A stretch of 50,058 bases of DNA, filler included, from Diploschistes diacapsis (lineage: Eukaryota): the NCBI GenBank assembly GCA_023645945.1. It is 15 parts of 15 records of this genome, joined end to end, with 100 filler letters (N's around TTAATTAATTAA, not from the genome) between each part and the next. Parts side by side here need not be neighbours in the genome. Positions count along the whole stretch, not along the records: positions 30,047 to 47,856 come from JALAIB010000436.1; positions 47,957 to 48,957 come from JALAIB010004360.1; positions 49,058 to 50,058 come from JALAIB010004361.1; 12 more parts are not named here. One strand, 5' to 3'. Numbering within the stretch: the stretch's first letter is position 1; every line of letters begins with the position of its first letter. Below, piece after piece: positions 38,255 through 50,058 of this stretch. Below the pieces are notes generated by a model. The model searched no databases and was not told the origin of the DNA. It worked only from the letters and a program-made list of their open reading frames with translations. Made by a program: the position numbers and the translations under genes.

Positions 38255-41071
38255 GATGGATGAGGTCCTTCCTTAGTAGCGGAAAAGGCAAACTTTCAGT
38301 CTTGGGACCAATGCAGCCTAGAGAGCTGGCCAAAAGTTTTGTGAACCTAGGGCGCAGGCAGTGAAATTCAGTTCAAGTTGGTCTCCAGCAGTTGATGGAG
38401 CTACGTAGCGAGTTGGCAGCGCGCAACCACGATAATTCGATTCGGGTTTAGGCGGAGAACAAGCTTTAACATTTGGCAGTTTTGCCTTTAGCCCTATGAG
38501 TCCACTCATTTTTAACCTCCACACACGGGCTGAATTTTCTTCAGTTAACAACACGCCAGTCAAAACACATTACTTATACCAATCTCTCAGCATCCCATTG
38601 CTTGATTGCTTTTGCGCTGTGCGGAGAGAGAGCCTGACCCATGAGCTGGGCGTCCGATCTTGACGAGTCGTTCCGACTTCACATGAGAGGTTGGAAATCA
38701 GCAGAGGTCAAATTTCCAGAGCAACAGTCCTTTTTGCAGTCTTTACACTCGCGCTGCATAAGACACTAAGCAAATAAAAAACATAGCGAGCAGCGTTTCG
38801 GAGTCTTCAGATTTCGCGGATGTCCTGATACCTACAGGGAGACTAGTGATATGCTCATTGCACTTGAGTTCTCGGAGAGCGCATGGCATCTTTGTTGAGT
38901 ATATGAATTGATCAAACGTCCGTGCTAATGATCTAACAAGCAACATTGCTACTTCTCCCTTGAAGTCCGATCTTAAACCCATAGCGAAAAAAGGGGGATG
39001 AGATTTATCAATTCAAAGCAACCAAAAGAGCAAGAACCATTCACAGTCTTGATTCTTTGAAGCTTCTGACACCCTATTGCATATTTCTTTAAAGTCCACG
39101 GGATATCTAGGCACCTACTGAGATGATGCCCTACAGGGCATTCAGAAGCTTTTGATTTTTACAACAAACGCTTCGGATTGCCTGTATTTACTCCCTATTC
39201 TTTCGACATGCAGTGTTTTTGCTCCTTTGCCAACACTCTGGCCCCTACCTTCTTTCCTTTTGGGATTGAAAAAGCCATGGTTCGGGCCTATTTTGGTGCA
39301 AAGAAGATTACCGATGTCCACATACTCACCACGGCATTCTTTGAAGGTGAATGCGGCGGTCCATCATTAATGGTCTACATAACATAGTGAATGCTGATTC
39401 ATGAGTACCCCATGTGAAGTTTTCTTAATCTCTACTTCTTCCGGTTGTCGGATTAGACTTCCCAACACCACTGGAATTTACACTTATTGCTTCCTTACTA
39501 CCTGCACTTGCTTATATCGATGGGGAGCAAGTCTGTCTTTGCATCTGCGTGTATGGCTGACTGTGTCCGGGCTGTTTGTGCAGGACTAGTTATTGCAGCA
39601 ACCTAAATGGCGTTGTTAAGTTCAAAGGCGGTACACATGGACATGAATTGAATACACATATAATTATCCACTTGATATTTGTATTTTGTATATTTCAACC
39701 TGCGACTTAGCAACAAGCTCAACTTTATAACCAGGAGATCTCCCACTGCATGTGTATCCTATCAAATACAAGAGAATAACTTATGATTCGTTTACTACGA
39801 TACACGTGCGATGGTTTGATCTTCAAGCATCTCCAATCTTGGTTAAGTAGAAAACAGTGAGCATCCAGACAGTCGATCGTGAAACGCGAGAGGAACTGTT
39901 TGTGATTCATGTGAGTGGGTGGTGTCGCATAGGATTTCAAACCGCTCTCGAGGCGGAACAGAAGGAGGGTCGGGTCAGTCACCAGAAGATTATCTGCATA
40001 CTGCGTGCTCCACAAAGAGAGCGGAGAAAAGCCCAAGTCTCCTGGATCCTTGTTGAGCGAAGATCACCAAATTACCCGTGCTTCTTCTCGACGATGATAC
40101 ACAGGATTTAAAGGTTGTTGGGCGTACGCGCTGTAAGACCTGCGTGAATTGTTTGTATGGGAGAGGAACCAGGTGGAAGGAAAATACCGATCGACCTTGA
40201 GGTGACGGCTCTGACGGGGCTCTGACGGGGTGGTGCGTTGCCCTTGCCTCGAGCGATCGGCAGTGGGAGTGGCTGCGGGTGGATGAGGCGTTGAAGGCAA
40301 TAGGTGGCACAACTAAACCAGCCAAATGTGTCTACATTTTAACAGCCCACTTCCAGGCGCTGAAGCAATCATGCCAAAGAAGAGACTCCTACTTGGAAAG
40401 TCCTATCGGCAGAAGCGGTCAAAGAAACATACGGGGGAACCGCTTCGTTCGTTCGTTCATTCGTTCGACACTTTGACCTAGTTATGATTGCTGTCAAGGC
40501 CTGAAAGGTCGATGGCTGACGATGAATGGCCAACGCTTTTTATGGCGGAAGCCACAGTTGCCTTCCACTGCGCAGGGCGCTGGCTGATCCATACCCATGC
40601 AATAGATGATGGAGGTGTCATCAATTGAAAGCTTGGTGGTCACTGGTCAAACACAGCTGGCATTCGGGAGTTTTATCTTGGCTGCCGGAACTGTTCGTAT
40701 TTCGTCGTCGCAGCTTTTCCAAGAGCCATTTCATTTCTTGAAGCTCGTCGACAAATTGCCATGACCATCCGAACACGAAAGCTGGGGCAGGGGCGTAGGC
40801 AAATATAATGGTACTTGCTGTGTGCCTATGATAGATAGATAGATAGGTGGGTGGGCAGGGCAGGGCAGGTAGGCAAGCGACGGCTGGGTGCATGGCAAGC
40901 ATATTGGAGGGAGGGTAATATTGAAGCTTTTAAAATATAACTATCTACCTAGGGTTTTGAAGTTCTTACAAATTATGTGAGTTGTGCCAAGTTGTGCCAG
41001 TGTGTGCCAGCCTGCCAGCCACAAACCTTAGCCCCAAACCACACATCCTTTTTTTATAGCAGACACATCAA

Positions 41072-41146
41072 GTACTACCTAACTAACTAAAACTACTAAC
41101 TACTAACTACTACTAACTACTAACTACTACCCACTACCCACTACCC
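41072..41146. repeat. Imperfect (ACT)n/(CTAA)/(CCACTAC) microsatellite upstream of OGT
   Basis: ACTACTAACTACTAACTACTAC... run seen directly. Confidence 0.8.
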
Positions 41147-41623
41147 TGCCCGTTATTCAATCAAGCGCCAGATAGGGCGAGCCCACCATAGACAGTTATC
41201 AAACTTTTTCCATTCTAGACCTTGCTCGAAACTCCATTGTTCCTGTCATCTCGACATCATCGGGTCCAATACAACCCAGACCGATTCTTCTACTCACTGT
41301 AGAATTCACCGACTGAGTCGGTGCTTGAAGCAGAGAACGAGGATCATCAACTGCTGTGTCCTTAGGCGACAGCGAAACCACCTTCCGCCACCGCGGCGAT
41401 TACCTGATTGCTATCAACAATGCCATTCACGCAATTATCCATCATCCGAACAAGAGCAGGACTCTATCCAAATACATGAGTGTTGGGCAGCACTCGCTCG
41501 ACGGCTGGCCCTTCGAAGCCATCATCCTCGACTGAGTTTCGGTGACTTCGAGGTCCATGCTCAAAAGCCTATGCTGTCTTTGATCGATTTTCTTCTTCAT
41601 CTTCCAACAACTACAAACTCACG

Positions 41624-44600
41624 ATGATGTTTGCTGAAGTCCCTCATTATCAACATCCCCACCATATGGCCTCCTCGATCTACTCCCCTCAGCCTCAGCT
41701 CTCTCCTTCGAGCCATGGCCAGTGGTTCTTGGACAATGTTCAAGGCCCTGTCAAGAAGAGCAGTTCCTTCTACGACCTTAGCAATCAAAGAGTTTTGCCG
41801 AGACAAAGTCAATACGCTCTGCCAATTCAGTCGCAAAGGCAGGTGGAAGAGGAGACACAGATTGCAAAGCCTACTTCTCACACACTACGAGCTGAAACGG
41901 GGGAACATATGCTCCGGCGCAAAACACCTAATGGGACACTATCCGCTGGTTACGACGGGACGCTGGTCGAGTGGGGTAGCAGGCCGCATGCAGATAAGCA
42001 TTTTTTGATTACCGCCCCTGATGCTGGACGCTACAGGACGCACCAATCTGCCTGCTTTACTGGCACAAAAGCCACACCACCGGTCGACAGTCAGGTCATG
42101 CTCAACCAAGCCGAAAGCTGGGGCAACACGTACTGGCCTGCTCAAAGCTCTCAACCCCACGCAAGGTACGGTATCAGAAACGATGCGACGACACCTACGC
42201 AGATATGGTTGCAGAATGGCTCCCGCCAGCCGCTCGACTCGATGCTGTATCAAGTGCCTCAGACGCCAATGAGCCTTATCAACGCTGGGGGCTACCCGCA
42301 GGTGCCCACGGTCCTCCAGCCGATGTGGCCTCCAACGGTTGGTTTGACAGCGTCAAATGCCCAAGGTCGATTTGGCCCTTACTGGCCCGACGGATCGTTT
42401 GAACCGTATCGTCCTGCTGCTTTACGCGACGGCCAACTTCCAATCCAGTACAACAATTCTAATTTAAACGGACACTTTGAAGCATACAACCGCCAACAGC
42501 AAAGCATATCTAATTCACCTTACCTTACGCCAACCGAAAATGATGCGGCCTTTTGGAGTGGTGGACAACCTTTTCAAGATACTCGAAGATATTCTGGACC
42601 TGCTTTGACTCCCAATGGCACCGGTGTTTTCCCGTCGTATGATGTTGGCCCACGGCAGCCCAATGATTCCAATACCTCGTTTGCCAACCGTGCTCGCGCT
42701 ATGTCTGCAAGGCTCCAGAGGCATGGAAGTGAGGCCGAGATATGGACACAGTTGCCAAACTCTAGTCAATTGGCTCAGTTGGCGCAGAGGACGCCGCCAT
42801 CACCAAACAATCCGCAGTTTAAGACGAGGGTGCTTATCTGGGCCCATCGGATTTACATCAATCTCATTCAACATTCCAAAAGGCAGATCCCGGCCAAGCC
42901 ATCAGGTGAAAGGAGTCATTCGGTCTTCCCTAAGCCGCTTCGACAATTTCATCCCAGTCCAAGAGATGGGCCTACGATTCAATCACACGACCGACAAAAT
43001 GCATCTGCCTTGGGAAGTGCCGAAGCATCCGATGTCAGCTCTATAGATTCCACTCAACAAACCAACGATCTAATGAACTTCTCACAGTGGAACAGTAGCA
43101 AGCAGAGGAGTTTGTTCCATGAGAAACATGACCGCGGCCTCAGGCTTAATCAGCCGGTGCACAATGGATTTCAAGCACATAGTGGTGCTGAGATTCGCCC
43201 ATCTCCACATTACACCTCCAACCCCTCGACGCCTTCAAACCCTATTCTCTTTTCGCCCCAGCATGCGATCCTCGAGGCTCAGCGCGCGTTGGAGATTCTG
43301 GACGGTCTTTGCCAAGAGAACAACTGGCAATGGGTCGACGGGATTCTTCTCGGCGGTTGCTTGGCGTATGGCTTGGAACAGTTTCAAGCAGCTTTGCAGT
43401 GGTATGACAAGGTTCTCGCCTGCGACCCCAAGTAAGTTACGCCCGCCTCTGTTTGATCGTCAGTTTCTAACTCCGATACAGCAATGTCGAGGCCATTTCA
43501 AATACGGCTGCGGCCCTGTTATCTCTTAAGCGAAGAAAAGAAGCAGAACAATACTGGTTTCGGGCCGTCAAGCTGCGTCCAAGCTATTTTGAAGCTGTGG
43601 AACACTTGGTGGGCTTGCTTTGCAATGACCAAAGAGGTCGCGATGCTGTAAAGATTATCGAGTATGTGGAAAGCTCCCTGAAAATTCCGGAAGAAGCTCA
43701 GAAGTCTCTGCCGTGGGACCACGTCGATGGAAGCAAGAACGAGAACGATGATAGGACTCCGTTTAGCGCAGACAAGGGATTGATGGGGCTGTCCTTGGCT
43801 ACCGATGCAAGCTCCGGGTACCGAATACCTTCTTCGGACAACGGCAGGCTATTGGCTCTTGTTCATGCGAAAGGCAACATGCTCTACGCTCTAGGAGACA
43901 ACGCAGGCGCGGCCAAGGCTTTTGAAGACGGCATCATGATCGGGTCTGGCAGGAGGTCTGAAGGCATCTCCGGGCTGATCAAGCACATACTCCGCGTCTT
44001 TTCTCAACTTATCATGTCGCAGCGGATCGATGCCAATGTTCCATTGGCACCCTACGAGACAGTCCTACTGATGCCGGATGTTGCTCTGAAAACTGCACAG
44101 CTCGTTTTTCCGCAGAGTGGGCAGCTCCCCGGCCTGCGCGAAGTGCCTGAAGGCCATCCGCGGAAAGCCTCAATCTCTGTGGCGAGCAACTGCCTTCTGT
44201 CGCTGGCCAAGATATATCAAGATGGAATGTCCACAAGCGGCGGCAGAACGTTAGGGACGAGAGCAGCCGCACCTGGCGTGCAGGACATTCTAGCACTGTA
44301 CTATTTATCTCTCTCGCTGCAACCGAGCCCATCTACAGCAAACAACGTAGGTATTCTCCTTGCAGGCGTGCAGCAGGCTGTCCAACCGCGGCATATCAAC
44401 AACCCAAAGGATCCTCCACTCCAAAGCGTTCCCGGCGTTGTGCCTGGCAGCGGAATTGCCCTGGCCCTGGCATACTACAAGTATGGCCTCAATTTGGATA
44501 ACCGACACGCTCACCTCTTTACAAACCTCGGCAGCTTACTCAAAGATATCGGTCAGCTTGGATATGCCATTCAGATGTACGAGCAGGCCGTAAAGTGCGA

Positions 44601-46734
44601 CGGCAACTTCGACATCGCGCTTGCGAACTTGGCAAATGCTGTTAAAGATCAAGGACGTATCGCCGATGCCATCGGTTACTACAGGAGGGCTGTGAAGTCC
44701 AGTCCCGAATTCGCTGAGGCTGTCTGCGGCTTGGCAAATGCGCTCAACTCCGTCTGCGGTTGGAAAGGCAGAGGTGGCATCGTGTTCTCCAACAAGAAGC
44801 ATGATCGATGGCACGTCGATGAGGAGGGTATGCTGTTGGATGCTCGAGAACACGGTGTTACAAGCTCTGGTTGGATGAGCCGCGTCGTTGCTATTGTGGA
44901 AAAGCAGCTGCGGGATGGCAAGTCATGGGGCAGAGGTGTACTACAGGGTAGAGACGCTCATGATTTGTTGTCGAGGAAAAATCTCACGATGAATCTACAA
45001 GCAGAGGAGAAGGCCCAGGCGCTCGTCGTTGACGCTGCGAGTGCATGGTCCGGAGCAGATTGGGAAGGCGCAAAGATCGTGCGGCTCGTGGAGCGTGCAA
45101 CCCGCCGTCTAGGTTGGCGCATGTATCGGGAGAGGCATGTTCTCAAGGTTCCATCACAAACAGCATACGGAAGACCTCAACTACCAAGCTCTTTGGCCGT
45201 GCCTAGCGCACCGACCGTCCTTCCGTTTCACACCTTCACCTGCCCTCTGACTGCTAATCAGATTCGAAAGATATCACAACGGAATGGGCTCAGAATATCC
45301 TGTTCGACATTGAGAGCGCCTTGGCTTCCCAAAGTCATCTTCGATCAACCGGCGCCGCCCAAACCATTCCTGAAAGTCGGCTACGTTTCGTCGGATTTCA
45401 ACAATCATCCGCTAGCCCACCTCATGCAGTCGGTTTTTGGCTTCCACGACCCATCTCGTGTCAAGGCTGTTTGCTATGCTACGACCCCGAGCGATAAGTC
45501 CCTACACAGAGAGCAGATCGAGCGAGAAGCGCCCGTATTCCATGATACTACGTCCTGGTCCTCGGACAGGATCGTCAAGCAGATTGTCAAGGATGGCATC
45601 CACATTTTGATCAACTTGAATGGCTACACAAGAGGCGCACGTAATGAGGTCTTTGCCGCACGCCCGGCACCTATTCAAATGTCTTTCATGGGATTTGCTG
45701 GCACGCTCGGCGCAGAGTGGTGCGACTACCTCCTGGCGGATTCCATCGCGGTGCCCCCTTCAATGCTAAGACCTTGGCGCGGAAACGTCGATCTTATTGA
45801 TCAAGTCAAGGACAACAACTATAGCGAAGATGAGTCCGACTGGGTGTATGGGGAAAACATCATATTTGCGAAGGAGACGTTCTTCTGCTGCGACCACCGG
45901 CAAAGTGCACCAGACGCAAAAGGGGCCCAACTCAACTGGAAGGAAGAGCAAGAGCGCCGAAAGAGGATGCGAAAGGAGTTGTTCCCCAACTTGCCGGCCG
46001 ATACCGTCATACTCGGGAACTTTAATCAGCTGTACAAGGTGAGGTTTTCTTCATTTTCCATGGGTTCTACGACTAATATACCTCCACAGATTGAGCCCAC
46101 AACCTTCCGGACCTGGCTGCGCATCCTACAAGCCATTCCGAAAGCCGTTCTGTGGCTCCTCCGTTTCCCCGACCTTGGCGAAGCCAACCTGCGCGAGATC
46201 GCCACACGGTGGGCCTCGGAGTCCGTCGCGAAACGGATCATCTTCACAGATGTTGCGCGCAAGGACGAACACATCGCTCGCGCCCGCATCTGCGATCTGT
46301 TCCTGGACACGCCGGAGTGCAATGCGCACACCACCGCCGCAGACGTCCTTTGGTCCGGAACACCTTTGCTCACGCTGCCACGGTACGAGTACAAGATGTG
46401 CAGCCGCATGGCCGCTTCAATCCTGCGCGGTGCGCTGCCGAGGGGTGCAGTGGGCGATCAAGCGGCCTCGGAGCTTACGATGGCAAACGAAGATGAGTAC
46501 GAGAGCAGAGCGTCGGAGCTAGGGAACGGGTTGGCCGCGGTGCTGGCCGGCGAGAGGGGGGGTTGTCGGTTGCTGGAGTTGAGAAGGATGCTGTACGAGG
46601 GCAGGTGGACGAGCGCGCTGTTTGACACAAGACGCTGGGTGAGGGATCTGGAGGATGCGTATGCAGAGGCGTGGAGGAAGTGGGTTGCGGGCGAGGGGGG
46701 GGATATTTGGTTGAAAGATGTTGTCACGACTTGA
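41624..46734 (+). CDS. ogt: O-GlcNAc transferase (GT41, TPR-containing); introns 43432-43481 and 46039-46089
   Basis: TPR repeats (NLGSLLKDIG...ALANLANAVKDQG), GYVSSDFNNHPLAHLM, NLNGYTRGAR, RPAPIQMSFMGF, FNQLYKI and NAHTTAADVLWSGTP. Confidence 0.93.
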
Positions 46735-47465
46735 TGGGCGTATTATTATGGTATATTTGGCGTTTTGGGGGGTGGGGGATCGATATTGGTATTGGTTATA
46801 GACGGATGGACGGATGTAGACCATCTTTTCTTCTCTAATGGTTCTTGCTTTTTGGGACGGGATCGGACAGCCTATTGGGTCAAGGCTGCACCCGGGTTGG
46901 GTTTGCGCCAGGGATGAAAAACTAGGTGTTGCGTCCTGAAGAGATGGGACGGGATCAACATCTATCCATGGATCTTCTGGATTGCTTTTTTCCGAGTCTT
47001 TGGCTGGCCTTGGTAGCCAGAGTGCGTCTATCTGTTTGTCTATCCTGTCTTGATTGTGTCAGCCATATCGTTATGCGCATTTACTGCTGAGAGATACCAG
47101 TTTGTGTTGGGAAACCAGAATTTCTTGTCATGGCAGAGGTTACCCAGCAACGGGAGCGGGAGCGGCGGCGGCGTGGCCGAGGGGCTTTCTTCTTCATTTG
47201 AAGTCAGTTTTTTCTACTTGGGCGAAGAGATTTTACTGGACAAGACGACGACGGAGGGACGGAATGTTGGTATCTTTGCTTAAATTACTATGGAACTTTC
47301 GAAAGTCTCCCCCTCCACCCCCCCACCCTCCGACTCCGCTTTCTTATTCGAAGATGGAAGGAGGAAGCGGAGGGGTTGGGATTGGGGGCTGATGGATTAT
47401 TTGCTGCTTTCTTGTTTCGTGGCCACCTTTGTGACTAGGGATCTTCTGTCTATTACTGCGGCCTG

Positions 47466-47558
47466 TTGTGCCGTGCTGTGGCTTGGCTTGACTTGACTAA
47501 GCTGAGCTGAGTTAAGCTGAGCTGAGCTGGACTGGACTGGACCGGACGGGACTGGACT
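47466..47558. repeat. Graded pentanucleotide repeat (CTGTG/CTTGG/CTGAG/CTGGA units)
   Basis: Five-base periodic run seen directly, with the unit drifting along the array. Confidence 0.8.
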
Positions 47559-48286
47559 ATTGTAGACTGAATCTCTCGAGCACAATACCACAGACAGCCC
47601 TTCCCTCTTTGATCCAGCCTCCCTATGCGATCTACTACTACTACGTATACGTATACGTAAACACCTACAATGGCTTGCTGTTCACTTTGTATGTCTCGTT
47701 CGCTGGCTATCCCGGCACGTCCCCCCCCCTCCCCAGCCTCTCTCTCTACGGCCGTAGCTTTTCCACCTCACCAAGGTGGGGGGACAGGTCGGTTTGGGTT
47801 GGAAAGACGGGGGAGGAAAGCGGAACACGATCGTGCTTTATCCGCCTCCCCCTCCCNNNNNNNNNNNNNNNNNNNNNNNNNNNNNNNNNNNNNNNNNNNN
47901 TTAATTAATTAANNNNNNNNNNNNNNNNNNNNNNNNNNNNNNNNNNNNNNNNNNNNCTATACTAATTTCAAAAAAGATATTCTATATTAATAAAAATTAG
48001 CGAATATATATTCATCTTGAATAATAATTAAAAATATCTATAAAAATAAATATATAAAACATAAATAACTCTAATACGAGAATTATATATTTAAGCCCTC
48101 GATGGAGCATTAATATCAACTTCTTTTACTTTTAAGGAGCGCAGGGAGCGCCAACGGTGGCTCCCATAAAACAGAAGAAGCGCTGCCCATTACTCCCAAA
48201 GAGCACATGGAACGGCGCCGCTCGCTCCAACAGCTCACGTGACACGAACGTTAGTGAGTCCTTTAGTGAGTGGCTGGGACGTGACA

Positions 48287-48926
48287 GGTTAGCTACCTGG
48301 ATCGTAATACTTATACCGTTAAATAAGCTCTATAATATTTTTAATGTTTGAAAGATATTAGTTATTCTGAATTTATAAAACCATCTTTATATACTATTAT
48401 TTATCCAGCGACAATATTGATTCCTTAAATCTAATAAAATACATAAGGATTAACGACCGTTCAAAATACGTCTATATTATTTACCATCACGTACGAGATC
48501 TTATTAAATAGGGACGTATTAAAATGCCTTATGTTTTTATCGATAAAATAATTACTAACGGGTTTACGAAGCCACTAAACTACTCGAAGCACGACGTTTT
48601 TATTAAAGAACTCGGTTTAATGCAAAAGGTATCCAATTAAACTATATAAATATACCGGATGATTCCGTCTATAAAAAATATTAAGCAGATAAGTTGAAAA
48701 TATGGCTGAAAATTGAACTAAGTTTTAGAAAAAAATTCAGTTCAGCTGAACTTCGAGGTTTAATTCAGCTAAACTTCCTGGGATTCTAACTAGACCGATC
48801 GGGAACAATGTTAGCAATAAGATTTAACGGATCCCGTAGGGTATAAAAGTCTGCGCAGTAGGATATCTTAATAGATAAGACCTCTAGACTTCAATATATC
48901 CATTACGTTGCCAAATACATATAACA
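48287..48926 (+). mobile_element. Second RIP-mutated Copia 3' end (RNase H plus 3' LTR from about 48680)
   Basis: Colinear with 1-569, with differences mostly C/T and G/A transitions. The ITNGFTKPL motif is present and the LTR ends ...ATAACA. Confidence 0.85.
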
Positions 48927-49057
48927 GCATTTGAGTCATAGTGGACAGGTTTAATAANNNNNNNNNNNNNNNNNNNNNNNNNNNNNNNNNNNNNNNNNNN
49001 NTTAATTAATTAANNNNNNNNNNNNNNNNNNNNNNNNNNNNNNNNNNNNNNNNNNNN

Positions 49058-49214
49058 GCCGGTTTCGCCAGTTTCGCCGTGTTTCGCCAAACCTTTTGGC
49101 GAAAGTTGGCGAGTCGCTTGAACGCATTATCTGTCGCCCACCTCGCCGGTTTCGCCAGTTTCGCCAACTTCGCGGATTTTCGCGGTGTTTCGCCGACAAA
49201 AACTTTTCGTGATG
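49058..49214 (-). mobile_element. CATCACG-TIR transposon terminus (same end type as 749-845)
   Basis: Near-perfect reverse complement of 749-830 with TTTCGCC repeats. Confidence 0.65.
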
Positions 49215-49219
49215 AACCG

Positions 49220-49442
49220 TGTTAAGGATGTTAGGGGGTAGTTGTGTAAGCGGGTAGGACCCGAACCCTGTAGGGCTGGCACCTACACATTATTTATTCC
49301 TGCCACCCTCCCATCTAGATAGTTTCTTCTCCAGCTTTTCGAATCGAGACCTTTTACCTGTAGATGCCCAGCTACACGTAATCCTTCCGGATCAGGCCCA
49401 GCCCCCGGTAGTGTAGTATTCCATTCCTGCGCTGGCGTTTCA
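49220..49442 (+). mobile_element. LTR family A variant (TGTTAAGG...GGCGTTTCA)
   Basis: TG...CA ends. The 3' ~140 bp is nearly identical to 26015-26154, but the 5' part differs. Confidence 0.8.
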
Positions 49443-50058
49443 TTACGAACGTATTAAAGACCTTAATACTCCTTACGCCAAGTAAATATTTCTTAAGATT
49501 AAGTATAAAAAGATTATTGAAAGCGAATACCGATAATTACGACTCGAGTTTACCACATATAAACTCTTAAACGATTAATTAATTATAGATATTTAAATAT
49601 ATTTAATTCGCATCTAAAAGAAAATCAATGTTATTAAACTGAATTAAAAGTTTAATACTAGATCAATCTTTTAATAATTATTAACTAATCTTTTATCATT
49701 TTACAGCACGTTGGTTAACGGTATTCATATTTAGATCGAAAGAATCGATTCAAAGAACGTGGATTACGACAAATAGTTGAATAAACTATCCGACAAATAG
49801 GCGAGCTTGAAGACTAAGGTTGCTACATATTCTAACGATAGGCGTTACGATAGCAATAAACGCTTTAACGATAAGCGAAATACCAATCAATAACGCGTTA
49901 ACGATAAATTTATAACGTACCGTTAAAACAAGACACATTCATTTGAACCTAAATTAGACAATTGCTTTCTTTATAAAGACGATTATCGCGTATCGAAATA
50001 TTTTTTAGTTAATAAATTCCGTAAGCTTATTATAATAATAAAAAAATCCTACCCGTAA

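Noticed and set aside
48130..48286. GC-rich patch ending TGACA as an LTR inserted into the Copia RNase H
   Set aside because: Plausible, but the other end, a TSD and a second copy are not visible in the window.
49443..50058. Copia gag remnant following the LTR
   Set aside because: Too RIP-degraded; only a vague zinc-knuckle-like spacing.

Overview
Fungal (filamentous ascomycete, Pezizomycotina-type) genomic DNA. The window is not one locus. It is 15 contigs joined by 14 identical 100-nt artificial linkers (N44-TTAATTAATTAA-N44). Thirteen contigs are about 1.0 kb. Twelve of these are AT-rich, RIP-mutated repeat debris (Copia RNase H+LTR, Gypsy protease/RT/integrase, a recurrent GC-rich LTR, nested Fot1/pogo elements, two DNA-transposon termini with subterminal tandem repeats); one is non-RIPed, intergenic-looking DNA. 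Two contigs are gene-rich, about 17.8 kb each. Contig 2207-20028 carries a partial isochorismatase-like gene, mitoribosomal bL19m, a mitochondrial helical-repeat protein, an AMP-binding-like protein and sdh3. It also holds an ~11.7-kb accessory interval with the main finding: a decayed 6-methylsalicylate-type (yanuthone/macrophorin/patulin-like) secondary-metabolite cluster. In it a CYP619-like P450 is intact, while the Zn2Cys6 regulator, amidohydrolase/decarboxylase, MBOAT acyltransferase and PatJ/YanE-like cupin are pseudogenes. Contig 30047-47856 carries GH38 alpha-mannosidase, an NDUFAF7/MidA-like methyltransferase, sec23 and a fungal O-GlcNAc transferase. Family assignments come from motif recognition by eye; no database searches were run.
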